Source: a virus
DNA: 64,000 nucleotides
IMG/VR virus record: IMGVR_UViG_3300034082_002865
Coordinates: 6,094-70,093 of that record
Reading direction: 5' to 3' (one strand)
Positions 29,792 through 39,841 of this stretch are shown here, in pieces. The translations under genes and the position numbers were made by a program. Within the stretch, counting starts at the first letter, position 1. Every line of letters starts with the position of its first letter. Below the pieces are notes generated by a model. That model was given only the letters and a program-made list of their open reading frames with translations. It ran no database searches and was not told the DNA's origin.

Positions 29792-31084
29792 TTATATCTT
29801 TTCGCCTTTTGCAAAACCACGGAAGCGGAGTGCGCGAGGGAATCGTAACGAGTATACGTCTTCACTATCCTGGCTCCGAGTGATTGCATCTGCACGGACT
29901 TCCAATACTTGACCGATGACTTGATCGTCAATCTCGGCTCTTTGATCATCCGTCCAGCCCGAACCAACGTTAACACGAATGAATTTACCATCTTCTGTGC
30001 CTTCGCAGATAGCCGCGCCCATCTTACCTTCATTTTTGCCTGTTCCGGGTTCAATTCCCACAATTGTTAAACTTACTTCAATAAATGGCTTTTGTTTGAG
30101 CCAACTAACTGATCGCTTGCATTCATACTTGGCATCGAGATCTTTAATCATAATACCTTCGTAACCGTTGTCAATTGCGTCTTTGTTAAATGCAATGAAC
30201 TGCATTTCGCCTACTGCTGTATCTAAATCAACTTCAAGTTGAGGTACAATACCAATGTTACCAATCTTATTAAAGATCTCTGTCATACCTTTGAGTAGGT
30301 TTGTTCGGCGTTTTTGTCCCAATATGCTTTTGCCCACTTGAAATTCGCTGAGAGGAATGATGTCAAACAACATAAGCACTGCGTCATCGCTTTTAACATC
30401 GCTCTTACGGTGAACTTGTTTCATCAGTGCTTGGAAACTTGTAGAAATCATTTCGCCGTCGAGCATTACACTACGTCCAATGAGATCAATGTTTTCTTCT
30501 AAAGATTTAGTAATATGGCTAAAGTTTTCAAGAACTTTACCGTTTCGAGTGTACATTGTAACAGTACGCGAGTTCATGTCTACTAGCGTAAGCACACGAA
30601 CTCCGTCAAGTTTGGGTTCGAGAAGTTTCTTTCCCTTGACTTTCTTTTCGTGATTAGCACCATCATGTGCCAGCATACATTCAAAGACGGGAACAGCATC
30701 TTTAACAATTTTGTTAATAGTCTTTTCACTAACACCGCATCGTAGATCTTTGATAAGAATGCGGCGATACCAATCATTCCATTGACGACCGGTGCTAGCA
30801 GACAATGCCAATTCAATAGCGTCCCGAGCGGCGTCGCCGGTGAGTTGTCTAGTTTGCAGTAAATGACATAGTTCTTTGAATGCCTGCCATGGCAAGCCCT
30901 GCCCATCTGGGCCGCTGTGGCTAGGAACTTTCTTTACACCAAATGTAATGTAGGGACTAAGCGCAAGTCGAAATCCTTCAAAAAGCTCTACATTGTCTTT
31001 TTCAGCTTCAATAATTGCTTCTTTGTTTAGTCGGCTAGGATGATCTTCCAAACTGGAAATAACGGAATAACAGGGGGATGTCAT
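29792..31084 (-). CDS. ATP-dependent DNA ligase
   Basis: Motif I EPKLDGVR, motif III LDGE, FDI, EGIMIK, WLKQK, and OB-fold VGSG..SLRFPR. Confidence 0.95.
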   Translation of the reverse strand: MTSPCYSVISSLEDHPSRLNKEAIIEAEKDNVELFEGFRLALSPYITFGVKKVPSHSGPDGQGLPWQAFKELCHLLQTRQLTGDAARDAIELALSASTGRQWNDWYRRILIKDLRCGVSEKTINKIVKDAVPVFECMLAHDGANHEKKVKGKKLLEPKLDGVRVLTLVDMNSRTVTMYTRNGKVLENFSHITKSLEENIDLIGRSVMLDGEMISTSFQALMKQVHRKSDVKSDDAVLMLFDIIPLSEFQVGKSILGQKRRTNLLKGMTEIFNKIGNIGIVPQLEVDLDTAVGEMQFIAFNKDAIDNGYEGIMIKDLDAKYECKRSVSWLKQKPFIEVSLTIVGIEPGTGKNEGKMGAAICEGTEDGKFIRVNVGSGWTDDQRAEIDDQVIGQVLEVRADAITRSQDSEDVYSLRFPRALRFRGFAKGEKI

Positions 31085-31114
31085 GGTACCTTAAATGTTG
31101 CTTGCAATGCTACT

Positions 31115-31143
31115 ATTGTACAGGATTTTGAGTTTTTTGTCAA
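31115..31143 (-). promoter_or_regulatory. Sigma70-type promoter of the ligase-infA operon
   Basis: TTGACA-17 bp-TACAAT on the minus strand. Confidence 0.7.
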
Positions 31144-31178
31144 GAAAGATTTTACCATTTTATACCAATATTTATTAA

Positions 31179-31739
31179 CTATTCAGTTATAAAAAGGTCA
31201 ACTGGCATAGCTAATCGCATTTTGCCAGTAAAGGGTAATGTTTGATGATATAAGAAACTAGGAAATACTATAGCTTCTCCGCTCTTAGGAGTATATAGTT
31301 CTGGGGCAAATATTTTTCTTAGAGAATCAGTATAACCTCGGTTAGCATTAGCACGTGGATCTATTAGATATAATTCGCCACCTGCACCTACTTCGTCACA
31401 CATTAGATAAAATACAGCACTAACCATAGCACCAGAATGGTTATGTACAGGAATCATATATCCACCAGATATTCCTGCAAGCCAACTTCTTAAAGAATAC
31501 TCCATTTGTTCAATCTCTAAATTAAAGACTTCTTTAAGGTATACAGCAAAAGTAGGTATTACTACATTATCTCTGAAATTTTTTAGTCCGGGAACGTCTC
31601 TTAAAATATCAAAATTTTTATCTTCTTTGGGTGGGTTTCTCAGATCACAAGTAGCAAGTATAGTTTGTGCTGCTTCGGCCACATCTACAGTTTCTATTAA
31701 TATTGTAGTTGGCCACAGGTTGTGTAATCCAGGTTTCAT
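31179..31739 (-). CDS. Putative 2OG-Fe(II) oxygenase (TIGR02466-like)
   Basis: SW...HNH....SAVFYL...L.LIDPR...FPSFLYH..P....R. Confidence 0.8.
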   Translation of the reverse strand: MKPGLHNLWPTTILIETVDVAEAAQTILATCDLRNPPKEDKNFDILRDVPGLKNFRDNVVIPTFAVYLKEVFNLEIEQMEYSLRSWLAGISGGYMIPVHNHSGAMVSAVFYLMCDEVGAGGELYLIDPRANANRGYTDSLRKIFAPELYTPKSGEAIVFPSFLYHQTLPFTGKMRLAMPVDLFITE

Positions 31740-32140
31740 TTTTTTAATCCAAATTCTAAATCAAAGTAATGGCGGACTTGCGGAACTACACCTAATTCAT
31801 TATCAAACTGCCATCCACCGATACCATTTAATATTCGATGATATGTTTTGGGATCTGTTGAATAACTAACATAGTCAGGATCATTACCATATAGAAGATC
31901 GGGATCTTCTAAGTAATCAATAGGATCTCCTCCGTATATTTCGGACAGCCAGCGGGCGTAGCAAATACCTACCATATAGCTCTTTGCAGGCCAGATCCAT
32001 CCTATCTCAGTTGTCTTAAAATATTTTATTGCGTTATCCACAACGTCATCACTTATTTCTATATCAAAGTTACTTAGATCATCTATATGTGTAGGATTTA
32101 ATCTGTGATATATCTCTTGTTGAAATTTCCATTCTTTCAT
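31736..32140 (-). CDS. Hypothetical protein of the radical SAM cluster
   Basis: 134-aa ORF with ATGA overlaps on both sides; acidic DPDLLYGNDPDY motif. Confidence 0.6.
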   Translation of the reverse strand: MKEWKFQQEIYHRLNPTHIDDLSNFDIEISDDVVDNAIKYFKTTEIGWIWPAKSYMVGICYARWLSEIYGGDPIDYLEDPDLLYGNDPDYVSYSTDPKTYHRILNGIGGWQFDNELGVVPQVRHYFDLEFGLKK

Positions 32141-32565
32141 ATGATCTCTAATTTTTTACATATTTCTGTTATTTTATTAGATAGATACTTGTTAGTTAAG
32201 AACAATCTAAATAAAAATCTAGTCTCTAACCAAATTTTCTTATTATTCTCTACTTTTGCCACAGTTAACAATGTATTAAATGTTTTAAGAAGGTAATCGA
32301 TCTGATCGTTGTTGGGTTTAATTATTATAAAAGGACCGGTCAATACAAAATTTTTCCGATCTGTAAACAGATATTCTATAATACTATGGCCTTGACAACT
32401 ACCGGATGAAATATATCCTTTTGAATTTAATATCATTACAGCCTCTGCAATATTGGGATCTAATTGTTTAAGAAAATCCGGATGATTACTTTTAATTCCT
32501 GTCAAGCCTCTATAAGAATTTACAGATCTACATTTTAGGTCCGGGTCTGATCTATATAACTTCAT
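32137..32565 (-). CDS. Hypothetical protein with a D..I..V..LN..G....SCxGH motif (Tyw3-like N-terminal motif)
   Basis: LDPNIAEAVMILNSKGYISSGSCQGH. Confidence 0.45.
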   Translation of the reverse strand: MKLYRSDPDLKCRSVNSYRGLTGIKSNHPDFLKQLDPNIAEAVMILNSKGYISSGSCQGHSIIEYLFTDRKNFVLTGPFIIIKPNNDQIDYLLKTFNTLLTVAKVENNKKIWLETRFLFRLFLTNKYLSNKITEICKKLEII

Positions 32566-33466
32566 TTTTGTACCAGTTTAATAATAGTTTATAGCCATTA
32601 CAACTATGTGTCAAATCTTTAACATATCTATAATGCTCAGTTAAACATTTACCATAATAATTGCACGACTTGCAAATTTCGCTTGTATTCTTTTCCGGCT
32701 CGTCGATTGCCCATAACATGTATTCTTCTATAGAATCCAATGGCTTAAAATATTCTCTATCATTTAGATCAAATTCTAGTACGGCAAACTGACCAGTTGG
32801 CGTTATGTAAACATGATCATTACTAAACGCATTCTTTTCCCCTGCAAGAGATTTCTTTATATTATCTTCATTAACAAACTGGAATTTCTTTTTAATTGGA
32901 CTAGTAATCCAATTTTGTATAAAGTTTTCAAATTCTTTGTGTGTTACTTTGAAATCGTTCGCTTGATTGGTTGAGTAGGGTTTAATTTCTACAGATACTA
33001 AATTTGTTAACAAGTTCAATTGTGCTATCATGTTATCACTATCTTTTACTATAAGATCCGGACTTGCCAATATCAACACGGAAAACTCTCGAGGTAACAT
33101 CACCATGTTGTTCCAGACACGCTTATGCTGTTCTCTACACTCAAAATCATAGCTAACTGTAACATACATATCGGGATTAAGTATAACATCATTTACCATG
33201 CTTAGATTAGTAATAATGTTAATATCGTCAATACCGTATTTTGATAACATGTTGCACAAATCTGTAACATATTCAGTAGGAAGGATCCCTATCTCTCCAC
33301 CATATAAGTCCACCATATCTATGTTGTGGTATACTAATGTTTCTTTAATACGATTCTCCAACACATCTAACGACAGCAATTTTCGATCACTTAATTGTGC
33401 AGGTGTTAGATAGCAAAACTCACATCTAAAATTACAATAGTAACTTGGATTAATTGACAATATCAT
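32552..33466 (-). CDS. Radical SAM enzyme with C-terminal Cys cluster (SPASM/twitch-like)
   Basis: CNFRCEFC motif, YGGE, C-terminal CKSC....C...H...C. Confidence 0.9.
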   Translation of the reverse strand: MILSINPSYYCNFRCEFCYLTPAQLSDRKLLSLDVLENRIKETLVYHNIDMVDLYGGEIGILPTEYVTDLCNMLSKYGIDDINIITNLSMVNDVILNPDMYVTVSYDFECREQHKRVWNNMVMLPREFSVLILASPDLIVKDSDNMIAQLNLLTNLVSVEIKPYSTNQANDFKVTHKEFENFIQNWITSPIKKKFQFVNEDNIKKSLAGEKNAFSNDHVYITPTGQFAVLEFDLNDREYFKPLDSIEEYMLWAIDEPEKNTSEICKSCNYYGKCLTEHYRYVKDLTHSCNGYKLLLNWYKNEVI

Positions 33467-34530
33467 AGTTCTCTTACATATTCTGTGGGTATGAGTTGGC
33501 CAGTCATGCCGTTAGCTTCGATGATAGCAGGTGCAAGTGTTTTCATTTTAGCACAATGCAGTTCGACCATGCCATGCTCTTTCAAATCTTTAATAGTTTT
33601 TTTACAACCATTACAAATATCAAACATCGGGCAAGTGTAGCAACTCTGTTTAAGAGTTTGAAGTTCAGGTTGGAATCTTAAAGGAAATACTTTTTCACCA
33701 TCCATCTCTTGTTCAAAATCAATAGCATATTGCCTGTCATCTCCAAACGCTCCACAACTGTAATAATCTCCACTTGGCTGTAATGTCCTAATACCTTCGT
33801 CGCAATTTCTATTTTGAGGACATGTAGTAGTTTTACCTCTTAGTCGTTTAACCATCTGCTTGGTATTATATTCCCATTCAGTAAGCCCTTGCTTCCATAC
33901 GTTAACATATATCTCATATATATCGGCCAGCATATACGGGCGACCTTCTTGCCCCATTGTAATATTCTTAAACTTAACAGGTGGCCCGCTACTGAACGCA
34001 TAATTTAATTTACACTCAACATTCATTTTCTTAGCGAGTACTACATTATCGATAGCTGTTTGAGCATTCTCTTCAGTGATAACTGTGATAAAATCAGGAC
34101 GATATCCTATACGCTCCAGCATCATATTACTAACGTTCCAGAAATCTTCTTCACTGAATACTGTCAAGTCGCCCTTAAGGCGACCGCCACCGTATTGAAA
34201 GCTAGTCGTAATACCTAGGCGAGGATGTTTGAATAATGATTCCCACTTATTGGGATTTTTATAGAATGGCCAAAGATTACTAGTAAATGATATACCGGCA
34301 TTACTGCCTATTTGATCAAGATGTTCAATAATTTTCCAATAGTAGTCGGGACTCATCATCAATGGGTCGCCGCCATTAACTATAATTGTATTTGTCTCCG
34401 GATATCTTTCTAAAAACTTAAAGATATAAGAGTGATCTAACTCGGATGTTTTATCATCTGTAATGTATGTACTAGAACAAAATGTACATTTGAAGTTACA
34501 CTTTTCTGTTGGCTTTATAATTAATTCCAT
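33463..34530 (-). CDS. Radical SAM/SPASM enzyme
   Basis: IIKPTEKCNFKCTFC, GGDPL, C...C..GDYYSC...CYTCPMFDICNGC...C. Confidence 0.92.
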   Translation of the reverse strand: MELIIKPTEKCNFKCTFCSSTYITDDKTSELDHSYIFKFLERYPETNTIIVNGGDPLMMSPDYYWKIIEHLDQIGSNAGISFTSNLWPFYKNPNKWESLFKHPRLGITTSFQYGGGRLKGDLTVFSEEDFWNVSNMMLERIGYRPDFITVITEENAQTAIDNVVLAKKMNVECKLNYAFSSGPPVKFKNITMGQEGRPYMLADIYEIYVNVWKQGLTEWEYNTKQMVKRLRGKTTTCPQNRNCDEGIRTLQPSGDYYSCGAFGDDRQYAIDFEQEMDGEKVFPLRFQPELQTLKQSCYTCPMFDICNGCKKTIKDLKEHGMVELHCAKMKTLAPAIIEANGMTGQLIPTEYVREL

Positions 34531-36233
34531 TAAATCGTCTCTTCAACAACTAACAATCGAAACACTTCACTATAGATCATAGACTTGTTATTATCTATAA
34601 ATTCTTCCATAACAATAATCTTTAATCTGCCTTGTAATCGCTTTATGTTACGTGCAGGCGTATCCGGATTTAGAATGTCAACCGCTTCATTCCATATTAC
34701 ATCAAATCCGTCTAATCTTTTCATAACATTAAAACATGCTTTGCCAAACTCATTGGGACTAGCAAATTCACTAAGTGATTCATACAAGTGTTCTAATAGA
34801 TAGTTGCCTGCTATGTTCATAATCCACATCTCAACTGCCTGCTCTCGTGTAAACGAGAAACAGCTAGCAATTGTCTTGTAATACGTACTATTTTTTCTAT
34901 ATAGGCTATTAGAGTTGTCAACTCCGGAGTCGTCGACTACATCAACATATACTTCTACTAACTCTATGTTATACCGCTTTAGGTACTCGGGTCTGGATAA
35001 TTCTGAATCAGGTAAGAACATATAATCATGGCGTTGACTGTTCCACGCCTTGAAATTCCACAATATAGTCATTTCTCTATAGAAGTCTTCTAATGTAGAT
35101 CCGGGCATACCCATAATCAATTCAATATTAGGAATAGGATATCCTTCTTCATGACAGCGTTTGTTTATGTGTTCGCTTAGTTTAATCTTGTTCTCTAACG
35201 ATAGATCTATTCTGTTAGCAATCTTCATAGCAACTTCACTAACACTCTGTATGCTAATTGACGGGACAGTGTTAACAAACATTGGTAAATTTTTAGGATC
35301 GAACATTTTGCTATCATTGAGTTGATTAGAGTTAATACCTATAACACTAAACCAAGCATCTACTAATTTGATCCTTCTGTCCAAATCCTTGCTTTTCATG
35401 GTGCTAATATCAGTTAGCTTTACACCGTTCTCCCAACCAAATTTGAATATGGTAAGATCTCTTTCTAAGAATGCTCCAAAGTTAGCATCAGTTAAGAATG
35501 CTTCTGTGTAACCTGCTTTTTTTAATGCTAGTATGTCTTTCTCAACCACTTCAGTTGGCTTTTTATATATTTTACTGCCGATTCCGCCACCCCATTCACA
35601 AAAACTACACTGGTAAGGACAACCTCTGGTTGTTTCTAGGATCATAAAAGATTCTATATTATTAGCTATTGCATAATCTCTAGACTCTTTTAGAAATTCG
35701 TAGTGCTCTTCATAAACACTGTAGTCTGGCATAAATTGCGAACACTTCTTAAAACTACGTAGTTCCCAAGATATGTCATCGAGGTTGGGCTTTCCATTAG
35801 TTGCAATGTAACTATCAATTAGTTCTTGTACGAACACTTCGCCGGGCTTAGTAGGCTTTAAGATAAAGTCGTACATTGACCTAGTGGATAACAATTTAGG
35901 ATCGTTAGTTCCAATTTGTGGTCCTCCTAAAACACATAGCGCATTAGGGTTTAGTACTTTAACATGTTCAGCTAGTCTATCAATAATATCATAGTTCCAA
36001 ACATAGGAAGAAAACAAATATATATCAGCTTCTTGTATACCATCTTGATAAATGTCTTCTACTGTGTTGTATTGATTAAACTTGTAGGGAGCGGTTAGCC
36101 ACTCAACTTGAGTCACATTGTGGCCGTGTCGTGCGTAATAGCTTTGGAACATAAGATACGCAGCATTATTAGCAAGACTCCAGTCTGCATGTGGCGGATT
36201 AACGAACGCTATTTTTATTTTTGTCATCAGCAT
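34530..36233 (-). CDS. B12-binding-domain radical SAM enzyme
   Basis: N-terminal cobalamin-binding-like segment (FSSYVWN..VLGGPQ), ETTRGCPYQCSFCEWG, DANFG, ELIMGMPG. Confidence 0.88.
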   Translation of the reverse strand: MLMTKIKIAFVNPPHADWSLANNAAYLMFQSYYARHGHNVTQVEWLTAPYKFNQYNTVEDIYQDGIQEADIYLFSSYVWNYDIIDRLAEHVKVLNPNALCVLGGPQIGTNDPKLLSTRSMYDFILKPTKPGEVFVQELIDSYIATNGKPNLDDISWELRSFKKCSQFMPDYSVYEEHYEFLKESRDYAIANNIESFMILETTRGCPYQCSFCEWGGGIGSKIYKKPTEVVEKDILALKKAGYTEAFLTDANFGAFLERDLTIFKFGWENGVKLTDISTMKSKDLDRRIKLVDAWFSVIGINSNQLNDSKMFDPKNLPMFVNTVPSISIQSVSEVAMKIANRIDLSLENKIKLSEHINKRCHEEGYPIPNIELIMGMPGSTLEDFYREMTILWNFKAWNSQRHDYMFLPDSELSRPEYLKRYNIELVEVYVDVVDDSGVDNSNSLYRKNSTYYKTIASCFSFTREQAVEMWIMNIAGNYLLEHLYESLSEFASPNEFGKACFNVMKRLDGFDVIWNEAVDILNPDTPARNIKRLQGRLKIIVMEEFIDNNKSMIYSEVFRLLVVEETI

Positions 36234-37260
36234 AATTGTATACTTCTTTGAGCCAACAAGCTTCTTGTGTTCTTATCTTCTTAGTATGATTATTCATAAA
36301 GCAGCCAAACATACAATATTGCATGTGTTCACAGCTTAGGCAATCATAATCTTCTAACCATTTATCTTTGTGTTTAGTTAAGTTACCAAAGAATGTAACA
36401 ATTTGTTGTGTAGGTTTATTAGGTTTTATATCGTAAGGTGTGCATGAGTCTATATCAGCATTTTGCCTAACAGTAATAGTGCTCATACAGCTCAATGGCT
36501 GCGGCAATTTTCCTGTCATATCCTTAAACGGTTGACAGTTGGGCCAACGATCTAGCATAACTTTGTAAAAATCTCTCAGTTCAACATCAGACGGCATAAG
36601 GAAGTTACTAGTCCTAAAATTAGGATCGGGAAATAAGTCGCCGCCTTCGGGTGTGTAATGATCAAATGTTATTTCAAAGTTATTGTAAATGTAATCGAAA
36701 AAGGGTACATTATCCGACATAAATCTATCAATAGATGGCTTGGTCATAACACTACCTACAAACTTAATGTAGGGTTTGAACTGTGCTAAATTCTTCTTGA
36801 AGATTTCAAAATTCTCTGTATTAAAACGGCCTACAGGATCATAACTAACTGCTATCTGTATACCTACTCTATCTAAAAACGCAGTAACTCTTTCAGTCTT
36901 TTTCCAAACTAAATTAGTCGATATGTGCATTTCAGTCGGAAGGTCTATGCTTTTACCATATTCTCTAACCCTGTTGATAAGCAGTTCGTACTCATGAAAT
37001 ATGCTGTCAGGCAATTCATCCGCAAGTAATTCGCCACCCATAAAATTAACAGTGGTAGAAGTCTTGCCTTTCTTCTTAAGGGCAAGCATAGAGCTTGCAA
37101 CAAGATCAAACTTCTCAGCAATATTATTCATTCCTACCTTGGCTTTGTGGTCTTGATAGCACATTTGGCAGGATAGGTTACAATATTCGAATAAAATTAC
37201 TATTAACTCGCCGTGAGAATTGCTTTTTACCTTTACTGTGTCTAGAATAGAAGTGTTCAT
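36199..37260 (-). CDS. Radical SAM/SPASM-like enzyme
   Basis: CNLSCQMC, MGGE, C-terminal CLSCEHMQYCMFGC...C. Confidence 0.9.
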   Translation of the reverse strand: MNTSILDTVKVKSNSHGELIVILFEYCNLSCQMCYQDHKAKVGMNNIAEKFDLVASSMLALKKKGKTSTTVNFMGGELLADELPDSIFHEYELLINRVREYGKSIDLPTEMHISTNLVWKKTERVTAFLDRVGIQIAVSYDPVGRFNTENFEIFKKNLAQFKPYIKFVGSVMTKPSIDRFMSDNVPFFDYIYNNFEITFDHYTPEGGDLFPDPNFRTSNFLMPSDVELRDFYKVMLDRWPNCQPFKDMTGKLPQPLSCMSTITVRQNADIDSCTPYDIKPNKPTQQIVTFFGNLTKHKDKWLEDYDCLSCEHMQYCMFGCFMNNHTKKIRTQEACWLKEVYNYADDKNKNSVR

Positions 37261-37265
37261 GGATA

Positions 37266-37323
37266 TATTTATAGTAGCAGATTATGACGGAGAAATCAAC
37301 CATGTTTGGTATCCGCATAAATA
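37266..37323. promoter_or_regulatory. Divergent late promoters
   Basis: TATAAATA on the minus strand (37266-37273, 5 nt before ATG 37260) and TAAATA on the plus strand (37318-37323) followed by AGGAG/AAGGA before ATG 37354. Confidence 0.6.
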
Positions 37324-37353
37324 TATCAAAATATCCACTAGGAGAAAAGGACA

Positions 37354-38481
37354 ATGTTCCACTTATTTAGAAAAACTTATATTGAAATTGACAGATACAT
37401 CAATCCAAACGTAAATCGTATTGTAATTTCAGAAACAAACGGGTATCCAGTTTTAGAAATGTTTAGCAGCATTCATGTTGGTACACTACATGCATTTGGA
37501 CCAACTTACAACGAAATTGTAGGAGAAGGCAAGCAATTTAGTACATTTTTAGAAATGATACAATTTTGTTTTGATCAAAACGAATCAACTGATCAAAAGT
37601 TTATAATCTATTGCGATCCTGCTGCTTATATTAAAGTTATCTCGTTATGGTATAAGACTATGTTCGTAAACATTGATGCAGTGTCTGCATACAGGATCAC
37701 ACATGCTAATTTCTCTAAAGAGATTATGATCACACATAGAACTATACAAGGATTAGCAGATCAGTATGTTAACTTTTTACCAAATTTAGAAACATTCCAA
37801 CTTGTGTTTGAGTCAGTAACGGTTGATGATGCAAATGCATATGCGTTTATTAATGGGTTAGGTAACAATCGAAGTATAGAATACTTGTTAGCTGCATATA
37901 TATATGACGGAAGTCATAAAGACGAACTAAAGTTCAGATTATGGTCTATGATTAATAGGCACGTCGAAGAATACTTCAAAGAAGCTTGGAGATCAATTCA
38001 GTTAAATATCTTAAAAGAAAGCTGGCAATCTCTGTTAGGTACATTAACGTATACTATTGATAACATTGTAGAAGTATTAGATGATCCTGTACTTGAACCG
38101 CTAAAAAGGACTAATGCATGGCGAGCATCTTCAGGCGGTAGCAATGTTGCTAGAACTTCATTAGATTTATCTACATTTACTGAAGAAGAACTAATCCAAA
38201 TTAAGAATCTTGCCCATAAGACTTACTTACACACACTTCCGACAGATCCTGTTCACCCAGGTTTTGAAAGAAAACACGTTTATCTTGATATGATAAAGAG
38301 TCCGGGATTAACAGACGAAGAACTTATCCAGGTACTAGATTACGAAATAAATCCACCGGATGATTTACGTTTCTACTCTATGAAGGATGAGGAAACTATT
38401 AACGTGTACTTTATAGATTGGATCTTGGAAACAAGACGTAACAATAATATTGCAATATTACAGTCATATGTGTTAAAATAA
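37354..38481 (+). CDS. Hypothetical protein (375 aa) of the radical SAM cluster
   Basis: Long ORF with a Shine-Dalgarno site; no recognised motif. Confidence 0.7.
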   Translation: MFHLFRKTYIEIDRYINPNVNRIVISETNGYPVLEMFSSIHVGTLHAFGPTYNEIVGEGKQFSTFLEMIQFCFDQNESTDQKFIIYCDPAAYIKVISLWYKTMFVNIDAVSAYRITHANFSKEIMITHRTIQGLADQYVNFLPNLETFQLVFESVTVDDANAYAFINGLGNNRSIEYLLAAYIYDGSHKDELKFRLWSMINRHVEEYFKEAWRSIQLNILKESWQSLLGTLTYTIDNIVEVLDDPVLEPLKRTNAWRASSGGSNVARTSLDLSTFTEEELIQIKNLAHKTYLHTLPTDPVHPGFERKHVYLDMIKSPGLTDEELIQVLDYEINPPDDLRFYSMKDEETINVYFIDWILETRRNNNIAILQSYVLK

Positions 38482-38484
38482 TGC

Positions 38485-39159
38485 ATGATTAATGTTGGCA
38501 ATATCCTTAATAGTCCTGTAATTGAAGATCCGTGGCAACATAAAGAAGTAAAAAATGTTTTCAGACAAAACTTCTTTCAGCGGCTATCTGCCGAAGTGCA
38601 ACAGGTAAAAGACCATATACAAGTAGGGGACAACGGGCTGTGGATGTTTGAGGCAGTGCAGTTAGGCATTAGTCAAAGTCTAGTAGATGAAATATTTGAA
38701 GCAAACAAACAGTTCCTTAAAATATCTGCACAATTGATTAAACAGTTTAATACAAAGAACACTTCTCAGATAGGCTATTTCAGCATTCCTAGATTTAATT
38801 TTGTAAAACCCAACTACGTAGGTGAAATACACGATGACGGCGATACTAAAGAAAAGACTGTTATTATGACAACTTATCTGTATCCAAATCAATCTACAGG
38901 AACAAGGTTATATACACAAGAGGTAGAAAGTTCTTATCATAGTTCACTTAACTGGGAACCAAACAGTGCCCTAGTGTTTGCCCCTGTAACTGATGTTACA
39001 TGGCATAGTTTTAACTCAGGGCACAGCGAGCGAATAACACTGAGCTTCTTCTTTGAAAAGATAGAAAATATGGATTTTATAAATCGACTATCAGAAGAAA
39101 AAATTGAATGGTTCTACAACAACTTTGCTAAAGATATAATGAGTATCGAGTTAGATTAA
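38485..39159 (+). CDS. 2OG-Fe(II) oxygenase (paralog family)
   Basis: PWQH N-terminus, HDD..K...YL.P..GTRLY..W.PN..WH...R.T. Confidence 0.8.
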   Translation: MINVGNILNSPVIEDPWQHKEVKNVFRQNFFQRLSAEVQQVKDHIQVGDNGLWMFEAVQLGISQSLVDEIFEANKQFLKISAQLIKQFNTKNTSQIGYFSIPRFNFVKPNYVGEIHDDGDTKEKTVIMTTYLYPNQSTGTRLYTQEVESSYHSSLNWEPNSALVFAPVTDVTWHSFNSGHSERITLSFFFEKIENMDFINRLSEEKIEWFYNNFAKDIMSIELD

Positions 39160-39839
39160 ACTGTATGATGCAGTCTGTTTTGACCTAGCATATCATAGAA
39201 CCATAGCTTCCTATCCAACCCTAGTTTATCAAAATGCTCTAGTGATTCCATCTTTTCGTAGTACAGATTGAGCGTGTATCTTGATAAGCCGTTGCCTTTA
39301 TAACTATGCCAAGTAACCCCGGGTTGACTCATCATTAGCACAGCCCTATTTGGTTTCCATTCAACTTCTGTTACAAAGTTTGCTTCATCTGGTCCATTGT
39401 ACAAACGGGTACCTGCTGTCTGCTCAGGGATTAGGTAGATAACAAGGGCCATTGTCTTGCTTGTGCCCTCGTCGTGTATTGCACTGTTTAAGTTACCTAT
39501 AGAATAGTTGAATCTTGGTATATTATAGTAACCGACTTGCGAGTCAATGTGGTTAGGAAACTGTGTTAGTAATTCTTTGTTAATGGTTAACAGTTGATCC
39601 GCCATTAACGTAACATCGTCTGCTAGACTAGATTCTAATCCTAGTTCAACAAACTCATTAGGCCAGATTCCGTCTGCGTAGTACTGATCATCTTTTTCTA
39701 CAGATGATAGTAATGTTGCAGCCTTCCTGAATTTTTCAAATACTTCAGGAAGTAGTATATCATCAACTATCTTATAAGGCCACGGATTATTAATGATAGG
39801 AGCACCGACAATGGCTTCTAAATTAATTAGATTGTTCAA
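39156..39839 (-). CDS. 2OG-Fe(II) oxygenase (paralog family)
   Basis: HDE..K..IYL.P..GTRLY..WKPNRA..TWH...R.T. Confidence 0.8.
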   Translation of the reverse strand: MNNLINLEAIVGAPIINNPWPYKIVDDILLPEVFEKFRKAATLLSSVEKDDQYYADGIWPNEFVELGLESSLADDVTLMADQLLTINKELLTQFPNHIDSQVGYYNIPRFNYSIGNLNSAIHDEGTSKTMALVIYLIPEQTAGTRLYNGPDEANFVTEVEWKPNRAVLMMSQPGVTWHSYKGNGLSRYTLNLYYEKMESLEHFDKLGLDRKLWFYDMLGQNRLHHTV

Positions 39840-39841
39840 GT

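Noticed and set aside
29791-30063. N-terminal extension of ORF 29548-30063
   Set aside because: It overlaps the ligase C-terminus in another frame; the ATG at 29790 is the better start.
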